Notes: generated by a model from the letters alone, not told the origin. DNA of 64,000 bases from Gemmatimonadales bacterium (GCA_038250675.1 JBBSCB010000002.1:2658-66657); one strand, 5' to 3'; positions 47,331 to 57,411 are shown, numbered from the stretch's first letter. Program-made: numbers and translations.

Positions 47331-50300
47331 TCAGAACGCGTACTTGGCGCCGACCTGCATCCGCCAGCGCGAGGAGTTCGCGCCGAACGACGTCCGCAGG
47401 ATGGTGCTCGGCGGGGCAAAGCTGTAGATCGGGCGGTTGTTGCCCGGATCGTAGCCCACCACCTTGAGGAATGCCGGTCCCTCTTCGAAGCCGCTGACCT
47501 GATTGCTCAGGCCCCAGTTGTGGCTCATGAAGTTGAGCACGTTGAACATGTCGAGCGAGAGCTGGATGCCGCGGCCGCGGATCGACGGCAGGGTGGTGGC
47601 CAGGCGCGCATCCAGGAAATTGCGCCAGGGATTCCGGCAGGCATTGCGCGGCAGCAGGCTGCCGCGGCTGGCCGCCAGACAGGGCTGACTGGCGATGAAT
47701 GCATCGACCGCGGCAAAGCTCGACCCGCTGGCCAGCGTGATCTGGGATGCATCGCCCGGCACAAACGTCATGTCGTTGCCGTTGATGCCGTCGGCGTTGG
47801 CATCGCCGCTCGTCGTCCAGCCGTACGGCGTGCCGGACAGTCCCTGGTAGATCAGCGAGAACTGGCTGTGGAACGGCAGATCGGCCGTGCCACTGATCGT
47901 GATCTTGTGAGGCACATCGAACGCCGATGTGGTCACGTTGCGGTTGAAGAGCGAGCCGTCCAGCGACGCGAACTGGTAGTTCGAGAACGCGATGCTGCTG
48001 GTCAGCGAGATCACGTCCTTGGTGTTGGCATACGTGTACGCCGCATTCAGCGCCAGTCCGTGGCCAAAGGTCTTGGACAGCTGGCCCGTGATCGAGACGC
48101 TGCGCCCGCCAGAACTGTTCCGGTGGAACAGCGCGTTGCCGATATCGCTCCGGACCAAATCCTTGGTGGCGCGGCCGTTGCTGGCCGCGAAGGTGCCGTA
48201 GAGGTACCGGCCCTCGCCCGACAGCGCCGCACTCTCCTTCAGATTGTTGTCCTGGATGTAGAGATTGTTGCGGTTCTTGGCGTAGAGGAAGTCCGCCGAC
48301 GCCACGAAACCGTGGGACAGCTGGCGGTCCAGGCCGAGCGCCACGCGGAGACTCTGCGGGAACCGGAAATTCTTGTCGAAGTAGACCGGGTTGGCGGTCG
48401 CCGGCGTCGCGCCACCGCCGCCGGCGCAAGCGGTCGGCTGATCGGCGAGGGAGCCGCCGGGAAACGTCGGAATCGTCGCCCCCGTGAGGCACGACAGCGT
48501 GGCCGTCTCGAGGCCGGTGCCCACATAGGCGTTGGAGAGCCACACGTAGGCCGGTCGGCCGGAGAAGATGCCGGCGCCGCCGCGGATGACCGTGGTTGAC
48601 TTGCCGTCCGCGTCGATGTTGAACCCGAGCCGCGGCGACCAGAGCGCGTTGCCGCTCGGGAACACCCCGGTGTCAATCGGAAGATTGGGATCCGCCGTCA
48701 GATTGGGATTCGTGATCGGCGCATTGAACAGCGGCACGTCCACGCGCACACCGCCGGTGACGCTGATGCGGTCGTTGACCGTCCAGCGGTCCTGCAGGAA
48801 AGCGCCAAGCTGCTTGACCGAGAAATCGGCGACGGCGCCGTCCGGGCGCAGGGTGGGGTCGCCCGGCAGGCTGATCTGGTACCCCTCGGCCTCACCGTTC
48901 GCCAGGCTGTCCAGCGACGCAAACGCCCAGGCGCCGTAGGAGCCGGCCGTGAACACGTTGTGGAACTTGAAGAACTCGTCGCTGGTGCCCACCGTCATCC
49001 GGTGGTTGTTCGCGATGTCGAAGCTCAGATTGTCGGCCACCGAATAGATGTTCTGGTTCAGCAGGTTGCCCTGCGAGAACTTGTCGGCGCCGGCGGCGAG
49101 CCAGGAGTCGAGCGAGCCTACCTTGCCCACATCCACCAGGATGAGCGGCGTCTGATTGGTGATCGCGCGATGGTCGCGCACCCACTGGCCGCCGGCCAGG
49201 AACTCGTTCGCGTAGTTGTTCCCGAACGTCGTGGTCCACTTGAGCCGCGTCGTGTTGGTCCGATTGGCCTGCTGGTAGCCGCTGGCCGAGAGCTGGTAAC
49301 CGTCACGATAGTTGGGGCTCGTGGTCGAGAATCGCGGGCTGGTCGGGCCCCGGGTGAGCTGGTCCTGGCTGGCATCCACCCAGTTGTGGGAGAGCTCGAC
49401 GCGGCTGTTGGCGCCCACCTGCCAGGTGAGCTTGCCGAACAGGTTCTTGTCCGGATTGCTGAGCGGCGGGGCTGTGCCCAGGCCCGGCTCACCGAAGTTG
49501 TACTGGTTCACCAGGATGTCGTGGAACCGCTGCGCATCGGCCAGGGTGAAGCCTGTGGTCGCAAGGTCCGACGTATTGTCGCCGGTGAGCTGGAACGTGC
49601 TGGAGTACGAGCTCTTGCTGCTCTGCAGGTCCGCCGACAGGAAGAACTGCAGCTTGTCCCGCATGATCGGCCCGCTGAACGTGCCGCCGTACTGGTAGAC
49701 GTTGAACGAGTTGAAGGTCGGATCGTCCCGGTATCCGGCGATCCCCTTGCCCCGATAGTAGCTGAACAGCGAGCCGTGGAACTGATTGGTGCCGGACTTG
49801 GTCACGGCGTTGACCAGGCCGCCGGTGAAGTTGCCCTGCCGCACGTCGAACGGTGCCACCTCGACCCGGAACTCCTGCACCGCCTCCAGCGAGATCGGCT
49901 TGGCATTGGCCTGGCCGCCCGGCGTGCCGCTCGACGCGAGGCCGAACAGGTCGTTGTTGACGCCGCCGTCGATCTGGATGTTGTTGAACCGGTTGTTCTG
50001 GCCGGCGACCGAGGTGCCGCTGACCTGCGGCGCCGTCTGGATGAGGTCGGTAAAGTTGCGCCCCAGGAGCGGGTAGCGCTGAATGGCCGTGTCCGAGACG
50101 ACCGTCGATGGGCCGGTCCGGGAGACGTCGGTCAAGATTGACACCGACGGCACCCGCACGTCCGCCAGCTGCACCGCCGCCCGTGTCATCTCGACGTTCC
50201 GGGAAAGCCGCTGGCCCAGCAGCAGGCGGAGTCCCTCGACCCGGATCGGCTGGTAGCCGATGGCCCGGATCGAGAGCGTGTACGGACCGCCGGCCGAGGC

Positions 50301-50531
50301 GTTGTCCACAATGTAGCCGCCGTCGGAGCGTGAGGTGACGGTGTGGGTCTCACCGGTCGCAACCTGGGTCAGCGTCACGTTCGCGCCCGGCACCGGAGTG
50401 CCGCCCGCTTCGCTGATGACGCCGGTGATGGCCGCCGACGTGATGCCCTGGGCGCTCGCCTGCCGGCCGCTCGCGGTCGCCAGTGCGACGAGCCCAAGGA
50501 CGTACCCTGCCTGACGTATCCACTGCTTCAT
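47331..50531 (-). CDS. TonB-dependent outer-membrane receptor with N-terminal carboxypeptidase-regulatory-like domain
   Basis: Start MKQWIRQAGYVLGLVALATASGRQASA|QG. CarbopepD_reg-like ITGVISEAGGTPVPGANVTLT...SDGGY. Plug and barrel follow, ending in ...RMQVGAKYAF (terminal Phe). Confidence 0.85.
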   Translation of the reverse strand: MKQWIRQAGYVLGLVALATASGRQASAQGITSAAITGVISEAGGTPVPGANVTLTQVATGETHTVTSRSDGGYIVDNASAGGPYTLSIRAIGYQPIRVEGLRLLLGQRLSRNVEMTRAAVQLADVRVPSVSILTDVSRTGPSTVVSDTAIQRYPLLGRNFTDLIQTAPQVSGTSVAGQNNRFNNIQIDGGVNNDLFGLASSGTPGGQANAKPISLEAVQEFRVEVAPFDVRQGNFTGGLVNAVTKSGTNQFHGSLFSYYRGKGIAGYRDDPTFNSFNVYQYGGTFSGPIMRDKLQFFLSADLQSSKSSYSSTFQLTGDNTSDLATTGFTLADAQRFHDILVNQYNFGEPGLGTAPPLSNPDKNLFGKLTWQVGANSRVELSHNWVDASQDQLTRGPTSPRFSTTSPNYRDGYQLSASGYQQANRTNTTRLKWTTTFGNNYANEFLAGGQWVRDHRAITNQTPLILVDVGKVGSLDSWLAAGADKFSQGNLLNQNIYSVADNLSFDIANNHRMTVGTSDEFFKFHNVFTAGSYGAWAFASLDSLANGEAEGYQISLPGDPTLRPDGAVADFSVKQLGAFLQDRWTVNDRISVTGGVRVDVPLFNAPITNPNLTADPNLPIDTGVFPSGNALWSPRLGFNIDADGKSTTVIRGGAGIFSGRPAYVWLSNAYVGTGLETATLSCLTGATIPTFPGGSLADQPTACAGGGGATPATANPVYFDKNFRFPQSLRVALGLDRQLSHGFVASADFLYAKNRNNLYIQDNNLKESAALSGEGRYLYGTFAASNGRATKDLVRSDIGNALFHRNSSGGRSVSITGQLSKTFGHGLALNAAYTYANTKDVISLTSSIAFSNYQFASLDGSLFNRNVTTSAFDVPHKITISGTADLPFHSQFSLIYQGLSGTPYGWTTSGDANADGINGNDMTFVPGDASQITLASGSSFAAVDAFIASQPCLAASRGSLLPRNACRNPWRNFLDARLATTLPSIRGRGIQLSLDMFNVLNFMSHNWGLSNQVSGFEEGPAFLKVVGYDPGNNRPIYSFAPPSTILRTSFGANSSRWRMQVGAKYAF

Positions 50532-50579
50532 GGCTGATGTCCTCACCGGAGAAGGAAGGTGTGCGCCGACGGCGCGCGG

Positions 50580-50603
50580 CCGGACCGTCCGGTGACGGTC
50601 CGG
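50580..50603 (-). other. Stem-loop in the permease/TBDR intergenic region (terminator or leader structure)
   Basis: CCGGACCGT-ccggtg-ACGGTCCGG, 9-bp stem. It lies downstream of the candidate TBDR promoter, so it could sit in the receptor's 5' UTR. Confidence 0.35.
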
Positions 50604-50650
50604 CGTAAGGCGTTGAATGCGCAGATGGCCGGGGACTTCATTCCGGCGGA

Positions 50651-50678
50651 AGTATACGCCCGGGACCTTGGAGGTCAA
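50651..50678 (-). promoter_or_regulatory. Candidate sigma70-like promoter for the TonB-dependent receptor
   Basis: Minus strand: TTGACC (50678-50673), 16-nt spacer, TATACT (50656-50651). The -35 overlaps the permease stop codon. Confidence 0.35.
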
Positions 50679-52045
50679 GCAGTGTTCTCCCCCGTGACGC
50701 CCGCGTTACCCGATCGGCCGCCCCACCGCCGCCAGGCGTAGAACGCCGGGATGCCGACGGCGATAATCCCGAACGTGACGCCGGTGTTCCGCGGGTCGGT
50801 GATCAGCGCATTGACGACCATCCCGACCGACGCGAGGAGAAAGAGAATCGGGACCACCGGATAGCCCCAGGTCCGATACGGCCGCGGCAGATCGGGCCGG
50901 GTCCGCCGCAGCACGAACACCGCACCCACCGCCAGCGCATAGAACGGCCAGATGCCCAGGATGAACTTGTCGGCCAGTTGCTGGAAGTCGTTGAGCAGCA
51001 CGTAGATTACGCCGAGCGATGTGGCCAGCAGGATGGAGATCGACGGGCTCTGGAACCGGGGCGAGATCCGCGCGATACCGCGGAAGAAGAGTCCCCGGTC
51101 CGCCATCGCGAAGAAAATGCGCGGCCCCGTCATCATCGAGCCGTTGAGCGATCCGAAGCACGAGAGCATGACGATGGCCGCGATGACGCCGGCCCCACCG
51201 GCGCCGAGCAGCGGAATCCGCTCCGCCGCCGTGGCCGCGATCAGCTTGGCCCCCGCCATCTGCGGCAGGGGCACCAGATAGATATACGCCATATTCAGCA
51301 CCAGGTACACCACGATGATCGCCGCGGTCCCGAGAATCAGCGCCAGCGGCAGCGTCCGCGCCGGATCCTTGACCTCGCCGCCCATGAAGGACAGGTCGGC
51401 CCAGCCGTCATAGGTCCACATCACCGGAATGAGCGCGGTGGCGATCAGCGACAGATTGAGGCCGCCGCTCCAGGCGGGCAGGAAATGGCCGCTGCTGCCG
51501 TCGCCGGCGACAAAGGCGAGCACACAGAGCCCCGCGAGCGCGGCATACTTGGTCACGGTGGTCAGGTTCATCACGACCGCCGCCAGACTCACGCCCAGGT
51601 AGTTGAAGATGCCCACCAGCGCCACCGCAACAGCGGCGACCCAGCGGACCTCCTGCGGAGTGAGGTGGATGAAGTAGCCGAGATATTCCGCGAAGATCGT
51701 CGCGATGGCGCCGAGCGCCGACGCCCGGATGACGGTCATTTCCGACCAGCCGAAGAGAAAGGCCGGCAGCGGTCCGAACGCCTCGAGGATATAGGCAAAG
51801 ACGCCGCCGGATCGCGGCAGCGCGGCCGCCAGCTCCGCGTAGGTCAGTGCGCCAAACAGCGCCACGGCGCCCCCCAGCACCCACACCAGCACCACGGGCC
51901 CCGGCTGGCCCAGCGTGGCGGCGACGCCGGCCGGCACCCGGAAGATGCCGCTGCCAATCGTGGACCCGACCAGCACCGCGATGGCACTCCAGAGGCCGAG
52001 GTGGCGGGGGAGTCGCTCACCCCAGGCATCGCGGTGTTCAGTCAT
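50675..52045 (-). CDS. APC-superfamily amino acid permease
   Basis: Start at MTEHRDAWGERLPRHLGLWSAIAVLVGSTIGSGIFRVPAG (the GSGIF motif of APC transporters). 12 predicted hydrophobic segments. The 137-aa N-terminal extension in the track ORF is rejected. Confidence 0.85.
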   Translation of the reverse strand: MTEHRDAWGERLPRHLGLWSAIAVLVGSTIGSGIFRVPAGVAATLGQPGPVVLVWVLGGAVALFGALTYAELAAALPRSGGVFAYILEAFGPLPAFLFGWSEMTVIRASALGAIATIFAEYLGYFIHLTPQEVRWVAAVAVALVGIFNYLGVSLAAVVMNLTTVTKYAALAGLCVLAFVAGDGSSGHFLPAWSGGLNLSLIATALIPVMWTYDGWADLSFMGGEVKDPARTLPLALILGTAAIIVVYLVLNMAYIYLVPLPQMAGAKLIAATAAERIPLLGAGGAGVIAAIVMLSCFGSLNGSMMTGPRIFFAMADRGLFFRGIARISPRFQSPSISILLATSLGVIYVLLNDFQQLADKFILGIWPFYALAVGAVFVLRRTRPDLPRPYRTWGYPVVPILFLLASVGMVVNALITDPRNTGVTFGIIAVGIPAFYAWRRWGGRSGNAGVTGENTA

Positions 52046-52157
52046 GCAGTCAGATTCCGTGGTTGAGAAGTCTGTAACGTGGGCCCGGAAATTTGGCTTG
52101 ACAAGGGGGGAACACGGGCCGTTCTTTCGCCACTTCGGACACACTCTCAGGCGGACC

Positions 52158-54065
52158 ATGACATCTACGGAAGAGGACGCGGCGGACCGGACCCGGCCAC
52201 TGCGCTGGCTGGCCTGGGCCGGAGTGGCACTGGCCTTTGCGCTGATCGTCCTGGGCGGTGTCGTCCGGATCTCGGGATCGGGACTGGGATGTGGCGACCA
52301 CTGGCCCCGCTGCAACGGCCACTGGTTCCCGCCGTTCAACGACATCCGGACCGTCATCGAGTGGAGCCACCGCTGGGTGGCCGCCATGGTCAGCGCCGTC
52401 GTGGCCGCGGTCGCCGTGACCGCCTGGGCCCGGCACCGGTACGAACGCGCGCTCACCTACCCCGCCACCGCCGCAGTCATCCTGCTCGTGGTCCAGGTGC
52501 TGCTCGGCGCCGTCACTGTCAAGCTCGACCTGCCACCCTGGGTGGTCATCACGCACCTGGCCAACGCCATGGTGCTGCTGGCGACGCTCCTCATTCTGGC
52601 GCTCCGCACCGGCCGCGATGTACGGCCGGCCCTGCCGGCCGTGGCGCGCCATCCCGGCCACGGCCTGGTCCACCTGACCGCGCTGCTCGGGTTCGTCGTC
52701 ATTCTGTTCGGCGCGCAGGTCGCCAATTTCAATGCCGGGCTCCTCTGCCTCGGCTTCCCGCTCTGCAACGGCTCGATCGCGCCGCCGGCGTCCAGCCTGG
52801 CGATGCTGCACTGGACCCACCGGCTGCTGGCGTTCACCTTCGTCGCCCTGGCCATCGTGCTCGCGGCGCGGTTGCGCGCGCGCCGGGAGCGGCCGGGCGG
52901 CCGGGCGCTGGCACGCGCCGCGCTGGCGACCGCCTCGCTGGCCGTGCTTCAGGTGGTCGTAGCCGCGGTCATGGTGCTCCACCTGCTCCCGCCATCACTC
53001 CGGGCGCTGCACCTGCTGGTGGGCACCGCCGTCTGGGTCTCGCTGGTGGTGCTCGCGTTCATGTCGGCGCGCGCCGGAGTCGAGGCGCCCGAACCGGGCG
53101 CCGCCCGCGGCCCGTCGGCGATGCGGGACTATGTCACGCTCACCAAGCCACGGATCATCTCGCTGCTGCTGGTGACCACGGTCGCGCCGATGTTCATCAC
53201 CGATCGCGGCATGCCGTCGTTCTGGCTGGTCGTCTGGGTCATCGTGGGCGGGTACCTGATGGCGGGCGGAGCCAACGCCATCAACATGTGGTTCGACCGG
53301 GACATCGATACGCGGATGACCCGGACCCGGCTCCGGCCCATTCCGTCCGGCCGGATTTCGCCCGCCGCCGGCCTGGCCTTTGGCATCGGGCTCGGCGCCA
53401 TCGCCTTTGCCGTCTTCTGGTTCCTGGTCAATCCGCTCGCCGCCTGGCTGGCCCTGGCCGGGCTGCTCTTCTACGTCTTCATCTATACGGTGTGGCTCAA
53501 GCGGACCACCACGCAGAACATCGTCATCGGTGGCGCCGCCGGCGCCTTCCCGCCGCTGGTGGGCTGGGCTGCGGTCACCGGCCGGATCGATCTGGCCGCG
53601 ATCTACCTCTTTGCCATCATCTTCTACTGGACGCCGCCCCACTTCTGGGCCCTCGCCCTGATGAAACAGGGTGAGTATGCCAAGGCCGGCGTGCCAATGA
53701 TGCCGGTGGTGCGCGGGGAGCGGCGGACCAAGGTCGAGATGCTGCTCTACACCCTCTTTCTGATCCCGCTGACCGTCATGCCGTCGCTCTTTGGTGCGCT
53801 GGGGCCGTTCTATCTGGCGGCGGCGCTCCTGTTGGGCGGCCGGCTGCTCTGGTACTGCATCCAGCTCCTTCGGGAGCCCACCGTCACCGCGACCGCCTGG
53901 AAGATGTATCGCTTCTCGCTCCTGTACCTGGCGCTGCTGTTCGTGGCCATGGGCATCGATCGCGCCCTGCCGTCGAGCCGTCACGAGCAGCCTGGCGAGA
54001 TTCTCATCCTCGATAAACCGGACCAGACGCTCGCGATGCCCGCGGGCGCGACCCCCGCCCGTTGA
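52158..54065 (+). CDS. Fused heme A synthase (CtaA/COX15) - protoheme IX farnesyltransferase (CtaB/heme O synthase)
   Basis: N-half: VRISGSGLGCGDHWPRCNG...WSHRWVA...HLANA...LHWTHR (CtaA His/Cys motifs). C-half from in-frame ATG 53121: YVTLTKPRIISLLLVTT...GGANAINMWFDRDIDTRMTRTRLRPIPSGR (UbiA-type motif). No stop codon between the halves. Confidence 0.85.
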   Translation: MTSTEEDAADRTRPLRWLAWAGVALAFALIVLGGVVRISGSGLGCGDHWPRCNGHWFPPFNDIRTVIEWSHRWVAAMVSAVVAAVAVTAWARHRYERALTYPATAAVILLVVQVLLGAVTVKLDLPPWVVITHLANAMVLLATLLILALRTGRDVRPALPAVARHPGHGLVHLTALLGFVVILFGAQVANFNAGLLCLGFPLCNGSIAPPASSLAMLHWTHRLLAFTFVALAIVLAARLRARRERPGGRALARAALATASLAVLQVVVAAVMVLHLLPPSLRALHLLVGTAVWVSLVVLAFMSARAGVEAPEPGAARGPSAMRDYVTLTKPRIISLLLVTTVAPMFITDRGMPSFWLVVWVIVGGYLMAGGANAINMWFDRDIDTRMTRTRLRPIPSGRISPAAGLAFGIGLGAIAFAVFWFLVNPLAAWLALAGLLFYVFIYTVWLKRTTTQNIVIGGAAGAFPPLVGWAAVTGRIDLAAIYLFAIIFYWTPPHFWALALMKQGEYAKAGVPMMPVVRGERRTKVEMLLYTLFLIPLTVMPSLFGALGPFYLAAALLLGGRLLWYCIQLLREPTVTATAWKMYRFSLLYLALLFVAMGIDRALPSSRHEQPGEILILDKPDQTLAMPAGATPAR

Positions 54066-55885
54066 GCGCGGCCCCGGCTCCGGCGCCTGCGTCCGGCGGT
54101 CGCCGCCAGCTCCCCTCCCCCCGGCAACTGGCCCGGCTCTGGCCCCGGGTCCGGCCCTACCGCACGGCGCTGGCAGGCGCGGTCGTCACCCTGCTCATCA
54201 GCAGCGCCATCGGCCTCGCGTTCCCCGGCGTGGTGCGCTACCTGCTGGACGCCGCCTTTGTCCATGGCGACCGCCGGACGCTCGACCGTATCGCCCTCGG
54301 TCTCCTGGTCCTCTTCGCCATTCAGGCATTCCTCAACTACGCCCAGGCCTATCTGCTGAGCGCCACCGGCGAACGCGCCGTCGCCGGCCTCCGGCGGGAG
54401 CTCTTTTCCCGTCTGCTGGACATGCCGCCGGGCTTCTTTGCCGAGCGCCGCACCGGTGAGCTGACCAGCCGGCTCACCGCCGATGTCGCGCTGGTGCAGG
54501 GCGTGATGAGCCATCAGCTGGCGGAGTTTTCCCGGCAGGTGATCCAGCTCGTGGGGGCCATCGCGCTGCTCACGCTGCGCCAGCCGCGGCTCACGCTCAC
54601 GGCGCTCGCCGTGGCACCCCTGGTGGTGCTTTCGATCGTCTTCTTTGGGCGCCGTCTCCGGCGGATCACTACCGGGGTGCAGGACCGGGTGGCGGACGCC
54701 AATGCCGTGGCCGAAGAGGCGTTGAGCCAGATCCGCACAGTGCAGAGCTTTGTGCAGGAAGGCGCGGAGCGGGCGCGTTACGGTGAGCGGGTGCAGGAGG
54801 GGGTGCGCCAGGCGCTGCGCCGGGCGCAAGTGCGCGGGGTCTTCGTGGGCATCATCACCTTTGCCAGCTTCAGCGGCATGGTGGTGGTGCTCTGGCAGGG
54901 CGGCCGCCTGGTGCTCAACGGGCGCCTCACTCCGGGATCACTGGTCGAGTTCCTGCTCTACACCATCTTCATCGCGGCCTCGATCGGCGGGCTGGCGTCG
55001 TTCTTCAGCGCGTATCAGGAAGCGGTCGGCGCCGTCGAGCGGGTCTTCCAGATCATCGAGAGCGACCCCGCCATCGCCGATCCGGCCGACCCGGTGCCGC
55101 TGCCTGCGGTCCAGGGCGGCGTCACGTTCGAGCATGTCTTCTTCCGCTATCTGCAGGATGCGGACGCGCCCTGGACGCTGGCCGACATCAACATCACGGC
55201 CCGCCCCGGCGAGGTGGTGGCGCTGGTTGGCCCCTCAGGCGGCGGCAAGACCACCCTGGTGTCGCTCCTGCCCCGCTTCTGGGACGTGGATCAGGGCCGC
55301 ATCACCCTCGACGGCGTGGACATCCGCTCGCTCCGGCTGGCGGACCTGCGTGAAGCGATCGGCATCGTGCCGCAGGAGCCGGCGCTCTTCAGCGGCAGCG
55401 TCGCCGAGAACATCGCCTACGCCCGCCCCGCGGCTACGCGAGAGGACGTGGAGGCGGCGGCCCGGGCGGCCCATGCGCATGAGTTCGTGGAGCAGCTTCC
55501 GGAAGGATATGACACGCTGGTGGGGGAGCGCGGCGTCAAGCTGAGCGGCGGGCAACGCCAGCGGGTGGCTATCGCCCGGGCGATCCTGAAGGACCCATCG
55601 GTGCTGATCCTGGACGAGGCCACCAGCAGCCTCGACACCGAGAGCGAGCGGCTGATCGAAGACGCGCTGGGGCGGCTGCTGGTGGGGCGGACGACGCTGA
55701 TCATTGCCCACCGCCTCAGCACCGTCCGCCGGGCGGACCGGCTGCTGGTGCTGGACCATGGGCGGATCGTCGAGGAGGGCACCCACGCCGAGCTGCTGGA
55801 GCAGGGCGGGCTCTATGCCCGCCTGTACCTCCGGCAGTTCCGGGAGGACGATGTGATACCGGCGGACGGATCAGCCTTGTCGTAG
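54062..55885 (+). CDS. ABC exporter, fused permease/ATPase (MsbA/multidrug-type)
   Basis: 6-TM N-domain. Walker A GPSGGGKTT, signature LSGGQRQRVAIARA, Walker B LILDEATSSLD. The TTG start overlaps the ctaA-ctaB stop (TTGA). Confidence 0.85.
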   Translation: MSAAPAPAPASGGRRQLPSPRQLARLWPRVRPYRTALAGAVVTLLISSAIGLAFPGVVRYLLDAAFVHGDRRTLDRIALGLLVLFAIQAFLNYAQAYLLSATGERAVAGLRRELFSRLLDMPPGFFAERRTGELTSRLTADVALVQGVMSHQLAEFSRQVIQLVGAIALLTLRQPRLTLTALAVAPLVVLSIVFFGRRLRRITTGVQDRVADANAVAEEALSQIRTVQSFVQEGAERARYGERVQEGVRQALRRAQVRGVFVGIITFASFSGMVVVLWQGGRLVLNGRLTPGSLVEFLLYTIFIAASIGGLASFFSAYQEAVGAVERVFQIIESDPAIADPADPVPLPAVQGGVTFEHVFFRYLQDADAPWTLADINITARPGEVVALVGPSGGGKTTLVSLLPRFWDVDQGRITLDGVDIRSLRLADLREAIGIVPQEPALFSGSVAENIAYARPAATREDVEAAARAAHAHEFVEQLPEGYDTLVGERGVKLSGGQRQRVAIARAILKDPSVLILDEATSSLDTESERLIEDALGRLLVGRTTLIIAHRLSTVRRADRLLVLDHGRIVEEGTHAELLEQGGLYARLYLRQFREDDVIPADGSALS

Positions 55886-55986
55886 TTCCCGACCCACGCC
55901 GCGCTGAATTCCTGCACCAGCCGGCGCGAGCCGGCCGACGGACTCGCAACGCCGGACTGGCCCGGCGCTCATCGAATACACAAGCG

Positions 55987-56020
55987 CAGAACGCCCCGGC
56001 GAAATCGCCGGGGCGTTCTG
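55987..56020. terminator. Bidirectional terminator-like hairpin between the ABC exporter and the convergent lipoprotein gene
   Basis: CAGAACGCCCCGGCG-aaat-CGCCGGGGCGTTCTG (15-bp perfect stem). Confidence 0.5.
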
Positions 56021-56043
56021 TGTTCCGCAGTCAGCCGCTCGCG

Positions 56044-57411
56044 TTATGGAGCCGCGTGCGGAGTAATCTGCAATCCGTAATAATCTGCTGCCGTCGTGTA
56101 GTTGAACCACACGACCGCGAGGTAGTACGTTCCGGGATCGAGCGTTACGGTACCCGACTCGGTGGCGCCGCCGCCGCCGGCGTCGACAAAGTCGCTCAGC
56201 CCGGTCATGGTGTTGTCGTAGATGTAGACGCCGAGATCGGAGCCGCTGCCGACGAACGGGATGCTGATATCCAGGTCCGTCTTCTCGACCAGGGTGATCT
56301 GGAAGAGCTGGGCCGTGCCGCCGAAGCCGCCCGCGTCCGGCGCGCCGAACGGAGCGCCACTCACAACACCCACTGTGTGGCCGTCGGCGATCGAGAGCGT
56401 GGGAGCCGTGCCAAAGGCGTCGGTGCCCGCGACAGCGGTCGCCGGACCCGCGCCGGCCGTTACAGTCAGGCCGGTCGGGAGCGGACCCAGCGCGAATCCG
56501 TTACCCGCGGCGCCGGTGATCACAAGTGCGCCGCTGCTGCCCGGGGTGGGTACGAACGTCAGCGTCGAGCTGTCGGCGGCGCTTCCGATCGTGACGGCGT
56601 CGGCCCCTCCGACGGTCACCGTCGCGCTCGGCGACACCTTGAAGCCGACGCCAGTCAGCACCACGCTCTGGCCTGACGCAGGTGCGGCGGTGCTCAAGGT
56701 GCCGCTGAATGCGGTCGGGGCCGGCAGCGAAACGGTGGACGTCGTCGGCACCGTGAACGTCAGCGGTGGATTGGCCCGGATGCCCACATTGGACACCGTC
56801 GCGATTCCGTTCGTCCCCGGCTGTACCAGGAACGAGATGGACGAACTATCAGCCGCCAGTGCGGTGACGATCGCATTGGACACGCCCGGGAAGGAAACGA
56901 CCGACGTGGGGCGGAAGAACGTGCCCGCTGGTGCGGTCAGAACGACAGCCTCGCCGATTGCCGGTGTCCCGGTCGACGCCGTCGTCGGGAGGGTCACGGG
57001 CGTTGAGGTGACCGTGATCGTCGTCGTCAGCCCGCCAGCCGTAACATCGAACGTTGACGTCGCGTAACCAGTCGCAGCGACAAAGAATCGGGTGCTGGAG
57101 GCCCCGGTTGGCTGCACCAGGTTGCCGGCGGCATCGTACACCAGGGTCTGTGACGTATCCTGATGGACGCTGAAGCTGGCACTGGCTGGCGTCGTAAAGG
57201 TAAACGCGCCCGCCGGCACCGGATTGTCGTTGGCGTCGCGGAGCTGCACCGACACCGCTTCGGAGTCGCCCTGCGCGATGAAGAGTGTCTGCGGACTCGC
57301 CACGAGCTTGGTGGCGATTCCTGTCGTGCTGGGAACAGTCGGATCGCTCTTGCATCCCCAGACCAGCGCGGGAATTGCGAGCAGGAGCATTGAACGTGTC
57401 CATTGCTTCAT
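56044..57411 (-). CDS. Lipoprotein with Ig-like (Big/IPT-type) repeats and a PPC-like C-terminal domain
   Basis: Start MKQWTRSMLLLAIPALVWGCKSD (lipobox). Repeated Thr/Ser/Val/Ala beta-sandwich-like segments. C-terminus DLGVYIYDNT...GTVTLDPGTYYLAVVWFNYT resembles pre-peptidase C-terminal domains. Confidence 0.55.
   Translation of the reverse strand: MKQWTRSMLLLAIPALVWGCKSDPTVPSTTGIATKLVASPQTLFIAQGDSEAVSVQLRDANDNPVPAGAFTFTTPASASFSVHQDTSQTLVYDAAGNLVQPTGASSTRFFVAATGYATSTFDVTAGGLTTTITVTSTPVTLPTTASTGTPAIGEAVVLTAPAGTFFRPTSVVSFPGVSNAIVTALAADSSSISFLVQPGTNGIATVSNVGIRANPPLTFTVPTTSTVSLPAPTAFSGTLSTAAPASGQSVVLTGVGFKVSPSATVTVGGADAVTIGSAADSSTLTFVPTPGSSGALVITGAAGNGFALGPLPTGLTVTAGAGPATAVAGTDAFGTAPTLSIADGHTVGVVSGAPFGAPDAGGFGGTAQLFQITLVEKTDLDISIPFVGSGSDLGVYIYDNTMTGLSDFVDAGGGGATESGTVTLDPGTYYLAVVWFNYTTAADYYGLQITPHAAP

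Noticed and set aside
51915-52157. N-terminal extensions of track ORFs (e.g. 51915-54065, 25768-27810, 50675-52456, 2086-5526, 8002-9360, 27826-29118)
   Set aside because: The extensions overlap neighbouring genes or are Arg/Pro-rich. Internal starts give N-termini that match the families (pgm, icd, corA, APC permease, ctaA) and often have better SD sequences.
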